A stretch of DNA of 63,253 nt, counting the filler, from Octopus bimaculoides (Eukaryota): assembly GCF_001194135.2 (NCBI RefSeq). It is 5 parts of 5 records of this genome, joined end to end, with 100 filler letters (N's around TTAATTAATTAA, not from the genome) between each part and the next. Parts side by side here need not be neighbours in the genome. Positions count along the whole stretch, not along the records: positions 1 to 25,319 come from NC_068981.1; 4 more parts are not named here. One strand, given 5' to 3'. The translations under genes were made by a program, and so were the position numbers. Positions 1 through 11,733 of the stretch are shown in pieces (position 1 is the stretch's first letter; each line of letters opens with the position of its first letter). The notes under the pieces were generated by a model. It did no database searches. It was given only the letters and a program-made list of their open reading frames with translations, and had not been told where the DNA came from.

Positions 1-659
1 GACTTCAGTTCATTCTGAACATGCTGATTGTTCGTAGTGTAACACTAGTCCCTGATCATTGCGTTCTTTTCGATTCTTCGCTTCATTTTTCTTTAAAGAT
101 CTAGGGGAAATCGTGCGTGGTGCACGGATCTTATTCTATTTTCAGCAGTTCCCTATTTTTTATATCTTTGGATAAATGAAGATATGGTAGAAAATTGAAT
201 ACAAAGGGTCTCTGATATTTTCCTGTAACTTTTACCTGCTTTTCACTGTTCAATAATTAAGTTTTTCACTGAATTTGCGAGTTCTTTACTTTTCGCCATT
301 ATTACGACATTATGTTGTCTCAGTGCTGAATGAAGAATCTAGCGTTTTGACACTTAAAAATGACTACTGATACGATTATTGGAACAAACGAGAAAGTTCT
401 AATATAAAAAAAAATATTTTAACAGTATTTTGTGGCATAGAAACTCATAAATTTATTCTGTACGAATACTTTTTTCACCCGTAAATATTTATAATTGTAT
501 ATAAATTCATTAGTTACCATAATTTATTAGTTTCTTATGCATATTCTTAGTTTATGCATGTGTATGCAAATATAGTATTAGTATATCCCATTTATGTTCA
601 TTAGAAATTAAATAAATAATTTTGACATGTACGAATATTTATTTCCCACCACTGTACAT

Positions 660-990
660 ATAGGCGCATGTACGTGGGTGTGCGGGCGCGCATGTGTATG
701 TATGGACATGCCCGCTTACGTGATTACTGTGAACATTTTTACTCCCTTACCTTTACTCGCTCCCCTTACTTAGCGGTCATTCTAATAGCTCTTTTGTCTT
801 AATAACGGTCAATCACAGTAATTTTCCTTTGTTTAACGGTCATTTTCATAGCCTTCTTTTCGATGGCCCGATAACTGAAGAGATGCGGGCGTGGGTTTCC
901 GCCCCGACATCCGAAACTCGGAGTTTTATCATGGCTACCGAATAATTGCCACATATTATATTTACAGACAGATTCCTCTATTTACATAAT
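660..990 (+). mobile_element. Probable Penelope-like terminal repeat (pLTR) segment carrying a hammerhead-like motif
   Basis: 870-960 is closely similar to 25440-25530, so it is a dispersed repeat. It contains CTGAAGA...GAAA with intervening stems, as expected for Penelope pLTRs. Confidence 0.4.
869..950 (+). ncRNA. Type I hammerhead ribozyme-like motif
   Basis: CTGAAGA at 875-881; GC-rich stem II (gatgcgggcg/cgccccgacatc); GAAA at 913-916; stem III actcgg/ccgaat with one mismatch; candidate AUA cleavage triplet; stem I gataa/ttgcc is imperfect. Confidence 0.5.
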
Positions 991-1686
991 ATCGAGGTCT
1001 CTTTCATTCTTTTGTTGTCTTACCATTTCTATCAATANNNNNNNNNNNNNNNNNNNNNNNNNNNNNNNNNNNNNNNNNNNNNNNNNNNNNNNNNNNNNNN
1101 NNNNNNNNNNNNNNNNNNNNNNNNNNNNNNNNNNNNNNNNNNNNNNNNNNNNNNNNNNNNNNNNNNNNNNNNNNNNNNNNNNNNNNNNNNNNNNNNNNNN
1201 NNNNNNNNNNNNNNNNNNNNNNNNNNNNNNNNNNNNNNNNNNNNNNNNNNNNNNNNNNNNNNNNNNNNNNNNNNNNNNNNNNNNNNNNNNNNNNNNNNNN
1301 NNNNNNNNNNNNNNNNNNNNNNNNNNNNNNNNNNNNNNNNNNNNNNNNNNNNNNNNNNNNNNNNNNNNNNNNNNNNNNNNNNNNNNNNNNNNNNNNNNNN
1401 NNNNNNNNNNNNNNNNNNNNNNNNNNNNNNNNNNNNNNNNNNNNNNNNNNNNNNNNNNNNNNNNNNNNNNNNNNNNNNNNNNNNNNNNNNNNNNNNNNNN
1501 NNNNNNNNNNNNNNNNNNNNNNNNNNNNNNNNNNNNNNNNNNNNNNNNNNNNNNNNNNNNNNNNNNNNNNNNNNNNNNNNNNNNNNNNNNNNNNNNNNNN
1601 NNNNNNNNNNNNNNNNNNNNNNNNNNNNNNNNNNNNNNNNNNNNNNNNNNNNNNNNNNNNNNNNNNNACAAACACACACACACACA

Positions 1687-1732
<46 letters not shown>

Positions 1733-1740
1733 CATATATA

Positions 1741-1880
1741 CGACGGGCTTCTTTCAGTTTCCATCTACCAAATCCACTCACACGGCTTAGGCCGGCAAGG
1801 TGCCCAAGGTGTCAGGCAGTCGGACTGAACCCGGAACCATGTGGTTCGTAAGGAACCTACTTACCACACAGCCCCTCCTA
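1741..1880 (-). mobile_element. tRNA-derived SINE head (family B)
   Basis: Reverse complement matches the GGCTGTGTGGTAAG...GGTTC(C/A)G..CCAAAGCCTTGTGAGTGGATTTGGTAGA repeat seen at 19455, 26828, 39650, 53218 and 61150. Confidence 0.75.
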
Positions 1881-2289
1881 GGATAAAATGTTTTCAAAAT
1901 ATTTCACCAAATGGCCAGCATATTAAAATACCTTTTAAAGTAAAAATTATAAAGAATTATAAATAAGGGCAAAACAAAAATTTCTATGCCAATATGCTGA
2001 GAAATAGACTTTAAATCGTCAATCACCGCATACGATATATATCACTATAAACTCACAACATGTTGAATTGAGGAAAGCAAGCTTGCTTTCCTCGATTATA
2101 GTTGGTGATAATTTCATACAAGGAGTTGTCGTTTAGTAAGGAGAGTGCTAGGTGTTTGTAAAAATCTGTGTTCATTAGGACTACAGTACTACCTTTGTCA
2201 GCTTCTTTGATAGTAATGCATTTGTCCTGTTGTAAGTCTCTTAGGTTTTTCCAAACACAGATATCCTTGCATCTTCAGGCATCACCTGA

Positions 2290-2995
2290 ATTAAAGCTAT
2301 GATTTTGAAAAGCCAAATGAGATGGTGTGGCCATATTGTTCGAATGGTAGATGAACACACACCTAAACAGTTGTTTTATGTTGAGCTTGCAGAGAGGAAA
2401 CGCTATCGGTGTAAACCTAAAATATTTTTAAGGACGGCATAAGGACTACCATGAAGTCACTTGGAATGGATCCAGAGGACAAAGAAACCCTTGCTTTGTA
2501 TCAAGCTGGATAGCAAACAAAAATGTGGAGAGGAGTGAAAGCGTTTGAAGAGGCCAGGATAATGCATGCAACACTCAAGAGAAATTTAAAGAAGTATGTT
2601 AAGATCAAGAAGGTGAATGGCAATGACCTTTTTGTGTGCACAGTTCGTGACAGACCATGCCTTTCTTTTGCTGGGCTCAAATCTCATTTGCAAACCCATG
2701 GAAAACGAATCTCTACCAACTATTCTGCCTATATGTCTGTACACACCTTTTAATGCAATGTATGCCAGAAGGTCTGCAAATCTAATGGAGGCCTCAAAAG
2801 ACATTGTAAGATCCACAAAGATCATAACTTAACTGCAGCTCTTGGTGGTCCAAATCAGATATGCAGTCTATGTTGGTGTCTTTTCAAAACATTGTCTGGT
2901 TTAAAAAGCCACATCAGATGCCATGATGGTTCTAAGGTGTAAGTACAGGAGGTGGTCAAACTCTGCATAAGGATTAGACAACCACCATATATATT
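2290..2995 (+). mobile_element. RTE-clade LINE 3' fragment with three C2H2 zinc fingers
   Basis: WCGHIVRMVDEHTPKQLFYVEL matches the RTE C-terminal motif. Fingers follow: CTVR..GLKSHLQTH, CNVC..GLKRHCKIH and CSLC..GLKSHIRCH. Frameshifts and stops are present. Confidence 0.7.
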
Positions 2996-3286
2996 ATTTG
3001 CAGGATCCAATTGAATCAAAGTATTTCAATAATAAGGACATGAAGTTAGGGTTGAGAATAGCATATCCATGTATCAACACTATATATGGACACTCATGCA
3101 TATATTAATATATATATGGACTTGTCTTACCACTTACATACATATGTGTGCACATGGACAGATCAATATACTCATTGATATCATTATACATGTTTATGTA
3201 AAATCACATACAGACATACTCCAGTATGTAGTTTCACCTTCCACTTTAAGTCCCAAACCCAACATAGGGAAGGTTCCTGGTATGGT

Positions 3287-3680
3287 ATGAAATATGTAAA
3301 AACACAAATGTGCTAAGGTTCACTATAGCTGTTTCAGATTTATTTTTATTATGAGCAACTCAATTACCTCATGAAAAACCAGGTAAATATAATTTTAAAT
3401 CTTAAATTTAACATTTAAAATTTAGCTCCTAGTGAATATATTTTTTGATTTTCTCATTTTGGTGATGATTAGAGAATGAATTTACAAATCAAAGCTAGAC
3501 CTTATATGGAATAAGGAATTATAAACCTGTCAACAAACTAGGTTATTGAAAAGCCATTAATAGGTGGTCAGAGGAACAGATATGAAATACACTAACATCA
3601 GTGCCATTTTCCAGACAAACCAGAGTCATTTAGTGATAACATACTTTCAGATACATATATAAACAATTCATATACACAAG
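3287..3680. repeat. ~395-bp segment with an inverted copy at 6532-6935
   Basis: Alignment by eye to the reverse complement of 6532-6935 gives roughly 90% identity with one ~10-bp indel. Confidence 0.9.
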
Positions 3681-3777
3681 CCATAAAATTATACAAACAC
3701 AAAAGATAAAGTAAAATAAAAATGGAAATAAATATATATATGTATGCATATATACACAGATACATACACACACACAC

Positions 3778-6700
3778 ATCATCATCATCATCATCATCGT
3801 TTAATGTCCACTTTCCATGCTGGCATGGGTTGGATGGTTTGACTGACGACTGGCAAACCAGGAGGCTGTATCAGACTCCAATCTGATCAGGCAAGGTTTC
3901 TACAGCTGGATACCCTTCTTAATGCCAACCCCTCCAAGAGTGATTTTTATCTGCCATCGGCACAGGGCCAGTCAGGCAGCACTAGCATTGACCATGCTTA
4001 TATGGTGCTTTTTACATGCCACCAGCACAGGAGTCAGTCAGGCAGCACTTGCATTGACCATGCTTATATGGTGCTTTTTACATGCCACCAGCATGGGAGC
4101 CAGTTCAGTGGGACTGGCATCCACCACACTCGAGTGGTGTTTCTTATGTGCCACCAGCATGGGTGCCAGTCAGGTGGTACTGGCATCGGCCACAGCAATG
4201 ATTTCACTTGACTCAATAGGTCTTCTCAACATTACATTCTCTGCTGGATGTGTAATGTCAGTGTGCATACACATCCAGCAGAGCATACTAGCTTCATTTC
4301 TTGCAAGCTTACACATGTCCTCAGCAGTCACAGTCCATGTTTCACTGCCATGTAGTATGGCTGTTCACACATGTGTCATACAGTCTACCTTTTCCACTAA
4401 GCAAGAAACTCTTTGTTACCAGAAGAGGTAGGAGCTCTCTGAACTTTTCTCAGGCTATTCTTATTTTAGCAGCTATGCTATTAGAGCATCCATCCCCGCT
4501 ACTGACTTGGTTACCTAGGTAACGGAAGCTATCAACTACTTGTAGTTTTCCCACCTGGAATGTGATAGAAGCTGTTTTCTGCACATTTTCAGTGCTTATT
4601 ACCCCTGTGCATCTGTCACACATAAAAACTATCATCCCAGTTAACCTTCCTTTGATATTGCTGCATCTCTTATGTGTCCATAGCCTACACTGGGTACATC
4701 TTATGGAGTTCCTACTTATGCCTTTTTTACAGATCGAGCAGGGCCATCTACTTAAAGGGATTTGTGATTTGTCTGCCTTCCTACTTACTAAGACTTTGGT
4801 TTCTGCTAGGTTAACTTTAAGCCTATTGATTCTAGTCCTTGCTTCCACACCTGAAACTTCTCCTCTGACTCAGCTATTAGAGCAAGGTCATCAGCATAGA
4901 GAAGCTCCCAGGGGCACCCTGTCTTGAATTCCTCTGTTATTGCCTGAAGGACTATGATGAATAAGAGGGGGGCTGAGGACTGATCTTTGGTAGACACCTT
5001 CCCCTACCCGGAATTCTTCACTATACTTGTTGCCAACCCTCACCTTACTGACAGCATCCCTGTACATGGCTTGTACAGTTCTCACTAACCACTCATCAAT
5101 CCCTAGTTTCTGCATTGACCACCAGATGAGGGACCAGGGGACCCTATCAAAGGGTCAATGAAAGATGAAAGCCAAAGACAGGTATTTCTCCTGCAGCTGT
5201 TTTACCAGAAATATAGCATCAGTGGTGCTTCTTCCTGGAACACACCTAAACTGCATCTCATCTAAACTGACTCTCTCCCTGATTAGTTGGGCTATGACCC
5301 TCTCCATGACTTCCATCACCTGATCCAACAATTTGATACCTCTGTAATTATTCGTATCTAATGCCTCACCTTTACCTTTGTAGCAGTTGACTATGGTGCT
5401 GCTACACCAGTCATTGGGTATGACTCTTTCATGTATCACCTGACTGACTATATAGGTGACTAGATTATAGCCTACACCGCCAGATATTTTAAGCATCTTT
5501 GCAGCAATTCCTGATGGGCCAGGGGCTTTCCTTGTCTTCATACCCTTAATTGCTTTATCTGCCAAGGTACTGTCAATTCAGATTGCTGATCCTTCTCTTG
5601 GGTTGACATTTGGCAGACTCTCTTTCTTCCATTCAATCTCTTCATTTAGCAACCTCTCTCTCTTTGCAGCCTCATTAAATGCAAGTGAGCCATTATCCAT
5701 GACATCACGACTGTCTCACACACTGTCTTGCAACATGAAGCACTTCAAGTCTTTGGTTTACAAGATGCAGAACGTTGGTAAATATTTTCTTATCTGCTCT
5801 CCATTTTGCTAAGTAAACCTGCCTCCTAGCTTCCCTTCTGGCAATCTGTACAGTTCCCTGCTACCACCGTTCTTCCAGTCCTTCCATTCCTGTTTCTTTT
5901 CCCTAATGGCCCTGTCAACTACATTATTCCACCACCACATTACCTTAGGTTGAGAGGGGACTTTGCACCATCCACAAATCTGGTCAGGTTGTCTCATAGG
6001 AACCTCCAGTTGTCTTCCATATTATATATCCACCTCTTTTTCGTCAGAAGCTTCGAGTAACACATCTCTAAATCTCAGTCCATTCACAGGATCCTTAAGC
6101 TTCCAGACTTTTCTTTTCCATGCTGATCATCTAATGGGCATCCATTTAGCCCTGATCCTGAGGCCACTAACTACTAACCTGTGGGGTGCGTTTTTCACCT
6201 GAGAAGGTTTTGGTATTTATAGGTAACCATCTTTCCTGTTTCCTGGCAAGAATGTAGTCAATCTGACTAGTGTGTCCACCAGAACGGTAGGTGAATAGTC
6301 GACTTGCAGGTTTCTTGAAGTTAGTATTACAGACCATAAGATCATTTGCATCACAGAACTCCAGCAGCCTGATTCCTTCCTTATTGCAGGAACCAAATCC
6401 ATAGCCACCATGTACACCATGGAAGCTCCCTGCATGTTGTCCAACATGCCTGTTGAAGTCACCAGCCACAAAGAGAAGGTCCCTGTCATTCAACGATGAG
6501 GTAGTCTGCAAGAGGGTATCATAAAATGGGTCTTGTGTATGTGAATTGTTTATGTACGTATCTGAAAGTATGTTATCACTAAATGACTGTGGTTGGATTA
6601 TATTTATCTGGAAAATAGCACCGATGTTAGTGTATTTCATATCTGTTCCTCTGACCACTTATTAATGGCTTTTCAATAACCTAGTTTCTTGACAGGTTTA

Positions 6701-7560
6701 TAATTCATTATTCCATATAAAGTCTAGCTTTGATTTGTAAATTCATTCTCCAATTGTCACCAAGATGAGGGAATCAAAAAATATATTCACTATGAGCCAA
6801 ATTTTAAATGTTAAATTTAAGATTTAAATTTATATTTACTTGATTTTTCATGAGGTAATTAAGTTGCTCATAATGAAAATCAAATTGAAACAGCTATAGT
6901 GAACCGTAACACATTTGTGTTTTTACATATTTCATTAGGTAGCCCTGGCTGAGTGAATAGTTGCTAATCCATGTTTCTGCTTAAGTATTCTATCACAGAC
7001 TCTGGCTATTTCGATTACCTTATCAACCCATTTCTCTGCAAGAAGTATACTCATGTCCCCAACCCCATCAGTGTTCCTTACCCAGAAAATCTTATACCTA
7101 TGTTCTTCGCCTGTGAGGAACCTAGCAGAACTTCCTCTCCACCTTCTTAGATGCAGCACAATTCTATATGTCTCTGTTCAAGCATCTCAACAATCTCACC
7201 AGACCTACTTTTCAATGTGCCAACATTAAGTGTGCCAATTCCGAGGGTGTGGGCCAGTGAGACCCTGGGATGGGGGAAAACAGCATCATGTATCTGAAAA
7301 GAAAGGTCGCATTTGGCAGAACTCTTAAACATACAACAGCTTTCAACCTGCATACACTACATCATCATTTTATGTGCTACATAATCACTTCCTTCCATAG
7401 GAGATAAACACTAAGTAGGGACAGGGGAGTATTTAAACCATTGAAGCTGTTCAGGGGAAAGACATCAAATAAAAGTCAGGGGATAAAGACTTCCGGTTTA
7501 GGTAATGGGGTGGGATGGGCGATTATACCGCGAAACAGCAACACTCTGGCTGCTGGTGTG
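3778..7560 (-). mobile_element. Near full-length decayed RTE LINE (APE endonuclease + RT, (GAT)n tail)
   Basis: APE motifs GTLNVGTL..EIVEML and VAGDFN.HVG, SQIDYIL; RT motifs KAPGPSGI, NYRGIKLL, QF..VPGRSTTDAIF, LLYADDL. The 3' UTR has ~60-bp tandem units and a (GAT)n tail at 3778-3798. Many frameshifts. The 5' limit is approximate. Confidence 0.9.
6532..6935. repeat. ~400-bp insertion interrupting the RTE endonuclease; inverted copy of 3287-3680
   Basis: The LINE peptide is continuous across the block (..QPGLP(NE) | (K)DPFYDTLLQTT..). The block aligns in reverse to 3287-3680. Confidence 0.85.
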
Positions 7561-7711
7561 AAAGAATAATAATAATAATTAATTCGTTTTATTGGCCACA
7601 AGGGCTAATATNNNNNNNNNNNNNNNNNNNNNNNNNNNNNNNNNNNNNNNNNNNNNNNNNNNNNNNNNNNNNNNNNNNNNNNNNNNNNNNNNNNNNNNNN
7701 NNNNNNNNNNN

Positions 7712-7745
<34 letters not shown>

Positions 7746-8229
7746 GCACACACACAAACATAAACACACATCTATACATACACACATACACATGCCCATA
7801 TATACATACTCGTGTAATATGTGTGTGTGTGTGTGTGTGAGCACATGTGTGTGTATACATGCATACTCTCTCTTGTAGATAGAAACAATCACCCATATAT
7901 GCCTACACAGGCATATATATGTGTTTGCATGCATATAGGCAAGAATAGACACATATACATATCCATGCACAAAACAACATACATTTATAGGCATGTACAC
8001 ACACATATATATACAAATTTCAAGTGTTACAATACCATTCCTCAGTATAAACATGAATTCTAAATAGGCAGTCCGTGGCAGAAAAAAATTGCATCCTCTT
8101 CCCCATCATCATTCAGAAAAGTAGTTTGTATCACCAGCCAGGAAATTGAATAATTAATATTCCTATAAATCAGTTGCTATATTAGTGCAGCTAAAGAAGT
8201 GTTCTGTTCCTTTTACCTATATTTAAAGG

Positions 8230-10160
8230 AACTAACATGAGTTCTTTATGTCAACTTAAATTCATCCACCATAGCACCAGTATAGTGGTACACATTATCC
8301 AGTTTTCAGATTAAACATTTTTGTACCACGTTTTCAAAGGCAGTTGTTTTTCAAGGCACAGCAGTCTTTATATTTGTAGTAACAGGTAGTTATTGTGGGT
8401 TGCATGATATAAGCTTGTGTTGTTGTTGGGGAAATCAGCCCTGGCATTGTTTACATTGTTATCCCAGACAGTATTACTATACAGGTAGGTTAAGGTTGAG
8501 TTGCTAATACTATAATTATTGTTTGGATTATCAATATAATTATCAAATTTTCTATTATTTATTTTAGTTAGGTAGAATGCCTACTTCAGAAATTTTGAGT
8601 GTGATAGCTTAACAGTGAATCTGTCAAAAATATTATAATGCTATAGGGAGGAAAGTGCTTATCTAAGACATGGAAGAAAATAGTGATTATACCTGAAGAT
8701 TTTCTGTTTACATAATCTGTTACTGTGATTACTGCTGTCTCTACTATGGTGGACTATATCATCTGGAGCATCATTAATAGAGTCATCTCCCCAGTGTAAG
8801 TTATGTTGACCTTTAGGTCGACCATGCTTAAGTTTAATATCTCCCCTATGATTCGTTGGTTTTCCAAAAGAAACAGTAAAAAAAATATTTCTTGGTTTGG
8901 GTATGTCTTGAAGATCACATTTGGTAAATATTTTATTCTTAGTTTATGTAGTGTTGTAAGCCTTGCTGTTGATACTATAACTGCTATTATCTATGCCTAT
9001 GTTACCAGTATAGTTGCAGCTATCTAACCTGTTATCCATAGCAAGTTCAATATTGTTTACCTTTTTTTTATAGAGTGGTTACACAATTGCCCAGACTATT
9101 AAGGATGAATACAATCTTCTCAGCTTAGCCAGCCTCTCACACACTGTGAGATTTTCTTGTTCATCAATAACTTGGAAATTCTATGTGAGATAGTCATAAT
9201 AATAGATTTAACCACAACTCAAAGATGGTTTGAGCTCTGATTAACGGATTTTCAATTTTCATTTGGTTTGTAGTAGCCTGTCTAAAGAGACGTCAAGGAA
9301 GTTTGCTAATGTTTGCTAATATGTAGCTGCTACTTTTTAAAGAATTAAATATCTTTCTAATTCTACTTTGCTATTTATGGATGGAGAACAGAGTGTTGTC
9401 CCTATATAGTGCCCCTAATTCCGAAAAGCTGCATTTAAGCTGATATAGCAGATATATGTATACCAACTAGATGGTTGACTAAGGCAGAGTCACTTGATCC
9501 CACTGTAAGTATTGAAGTTACTGTGCTTATCACTATTGGAGCGGCACAATAACTTCAATATTACAATGGAATTAATGTTCTTCTGCTCTTGTCAAGGAAG
9601 AGTTAGTATTATAATAGGATTAACATTCTTCTGATCTAGACAAGTAGGAGTTATTTATTGTGAAGAGAAGGGCCTTATTGAGGAGAATGGTTGTAATAGA
9701 ATATTAGTAAGAAATATCCAATTGCAAAAATTTAGCAAGCATCTTATCTCCAAATTTCCAACACCATATTATAACTTTTGTCATGTCAGATCATAAGCTA
9801 AGTGTAAGTTTAAATTTAAGTATAAGGGTTATTCTATCTATTTTTTTACTAATTCTCTCTTCATCTGATTTAGATGAGCAGTTAAGTCTGACTGTAGACT
9901 AGTATTCACATCTAGGTTTATTGCCCTTAATATTAATGTGTTGTGGGCATCCACAAGAAAATTGAAGTAAAGCATCCAGAATTTTTGTCAGCTAACAAAA
10001 CTGGAAATCTATATAACTTGAGTATTGACTTTTATAGTAACTAGATCTGTTAAGAGCTCTGTAATAACTATAAGAGCACATCTTCCTCCACGCTCAAAGA
10101 ATTTGGCCTTCTCATCTAGACTAAGCTTAGTAACAATATCAAGACATATGGAATTGATAT
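8230..10160 (-). mobile_element. Decayed Penelope-like element (RT, probable GIY-YIG region)
   Basis: Minus-strand fragments SSKSDEERISKKIDRI, KFLQLDI...LLNKALLF, GSSDSALVNHLVG, GALYRDN, NFLDVSL, YYKPNE..VNQSSNH..ISHRISKL follow the Penelope RT motif order. Many stops. Confidence 0.7.
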
Positions 10161-10282
10161 GTTTGAGTGTGGAGGAAGATGTGTTATAGTTACTATAAAA
10201 GTCAATACTCAAGTTATATAGATTTCCAATTTTGTTAGCTGACAAAAATTCTGGATGCTTTACTTCAATTTTCTTGTGGATG
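9948..10282. repeat. Fold-back inverted repeat (arms 9948-10043 and 10187-10282, inner extension 10078-10098/10162-10183)
   Basis: The 96-bp arms are reverse complements with 1 mismatch. A further ~22-bp match lies inward after a ~35-bp indel. Confidence 0.9.
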
Positions 10283-10389
10283 TCCTGAAATATAAATTAG
10301 GAATGAGAACTGACTTCTATTTGATATATAATATATTGGAGAAGATGACAAAATTAATGAAGAAATAATATTACAGCTTTGAGATGAGA

Positions 10390-11390
10390 TTTACATCTGG
10401 TAACTTCATAACTGGCTGGCACTGTCTGGAGACTGGTATTACTGCTGGCTGCTCAATATCTGTTATGTGGTTTACTCTGGTCATGGACATGATTTTGAAA
10501 GTGACAGAATTTTCAGAACAAATGGCCCATATGCATGATCATGCAGAATCCCCTGTCAAGGCTAGATGAGCAGATAAAGTGGTCAAAAATGTGGTTCAGA
10601 GCAAAGTCACACAATCTGACATTTATTAGGGGAGTGCAGAAAGAAGTGAAATTTAAAATAACAGAAAAGAGAGAACATCAACAAACAAGACTGGGGTGTG
10701 CATATGGTGGAACATTGTCAAACAGAAGTCACAGGATGCAGACTATGAAGCAAATCGATGATGAAATAAAAGTAATTGATGGTTCAAAGTTACCAAGAAA
10801 GTGTCTAAAATTTGGCTTACATCCACACTTTTTGTGGCCACTATTAGTATACGAGGTGGCACCATCACAGGTTCAAGTCATTGAGCAAAAGTGCCATATG
10901 TTTATTAGGAAATGGTTAGATATACCATGGATAATGAATAGCTTAGCTCTTTATTATAAAAGGAGCTCACTGCAATTACCACTGATACCAATTATCAAAA
11001 CTTTTAAAGCAGGGAAGATATGAACAGTGATGATGCTAAAAGAGTCGAAGGATATAGAAATCAGGAATAATTAACTAGACGTAAAAAAACAGCCAGGAAA
11101 GTAGAAGTAGAAACTGATGACATCCTGTCTTCACTTAAACACTGAAATATGATGGGTACCATGCAAATTGATCAAAAGAGACTTGGATTTGGCTCAGATC
11201 GGTTCAGATCACAAATATGAAGTAGAGCAATTGCAGACTTGTTAGTAACACTGTCAAGGCAAGGGAAGCAGAGAGAAAATGGCTCCATTTGATTTAATGT
11301 TTTCAGAAAGGAGGGCTGATAAGATGGGAGGAGCATATAACTAAGAGAAAAGTAAGCTGGAACGAAATATAGAAGTGGAGTACATCTCAA
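10390..11390 (+). mobile_element. Hero/NeSL-like (R2 superfamily) non-LTR retrotransposon fragment
   Basis: GWHCLETGITAGCSISVMWFTLVM and FGLHPHFLWPLLVYEV...FIRKWLDIP...LALY...LQLPL..IIKTFKAGK match motifs recalled for Hero-type RT and C-terminal regions. Confidence 0.7.
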
Positions 11391-11733
11391 CTAAGTTTTT
11401 TTCATTCATTCTTCTTATAATGACTTAACATTGCCAAAACCTTATATAAATGAAATACTGTCTGTCAGTTTTTTACTCACTTGAACAGTGTATATTTTAT
11501 AGCCAACTCTTATTCTGCTAGACTTTATCCTAATTAGGAAAATGGAGTTTAAGAATGTGACCAACCCAAACTATAATTCTGTGTATATCTATTCGATGCT
11601 TATTCTTGCATCTTATCACCCAGTCAATCAATCAATCAATTAATCAATCAATGTATGTACGTATGTGCATGCGTGTATGTATATGTATATATATGTCAGT
11701 AGGTATGTTTGTGTGTTGTATGTGTATATAAAG

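Noticed and set aside
946-1851. Long ORFs spanning N runs (also near 19.4-20.2, 27.8-28.4, 40.2-42.1, 49.5-50.3 and 56.9-57.3 kb)
   Set aside because: They are open only because N has no stops; the flanks are dinucleotide repeats translating as IYIY, THTH or VCVC.
3922-4431. 169-aa plus-strand ORF with repeated SQAALALTMLIWCFLHATS
   Set aside because: It is the antisense reading of ~60-bp tandem units in the RTE 3' UTR; related units recur in the other copies (20470-20780, 25160-25319).
6167-6658. 163-aa minus-strand ORF
   Set aside because: A chimera of the 400-bp insertion and the RTE endonuclease; not an independent gene.
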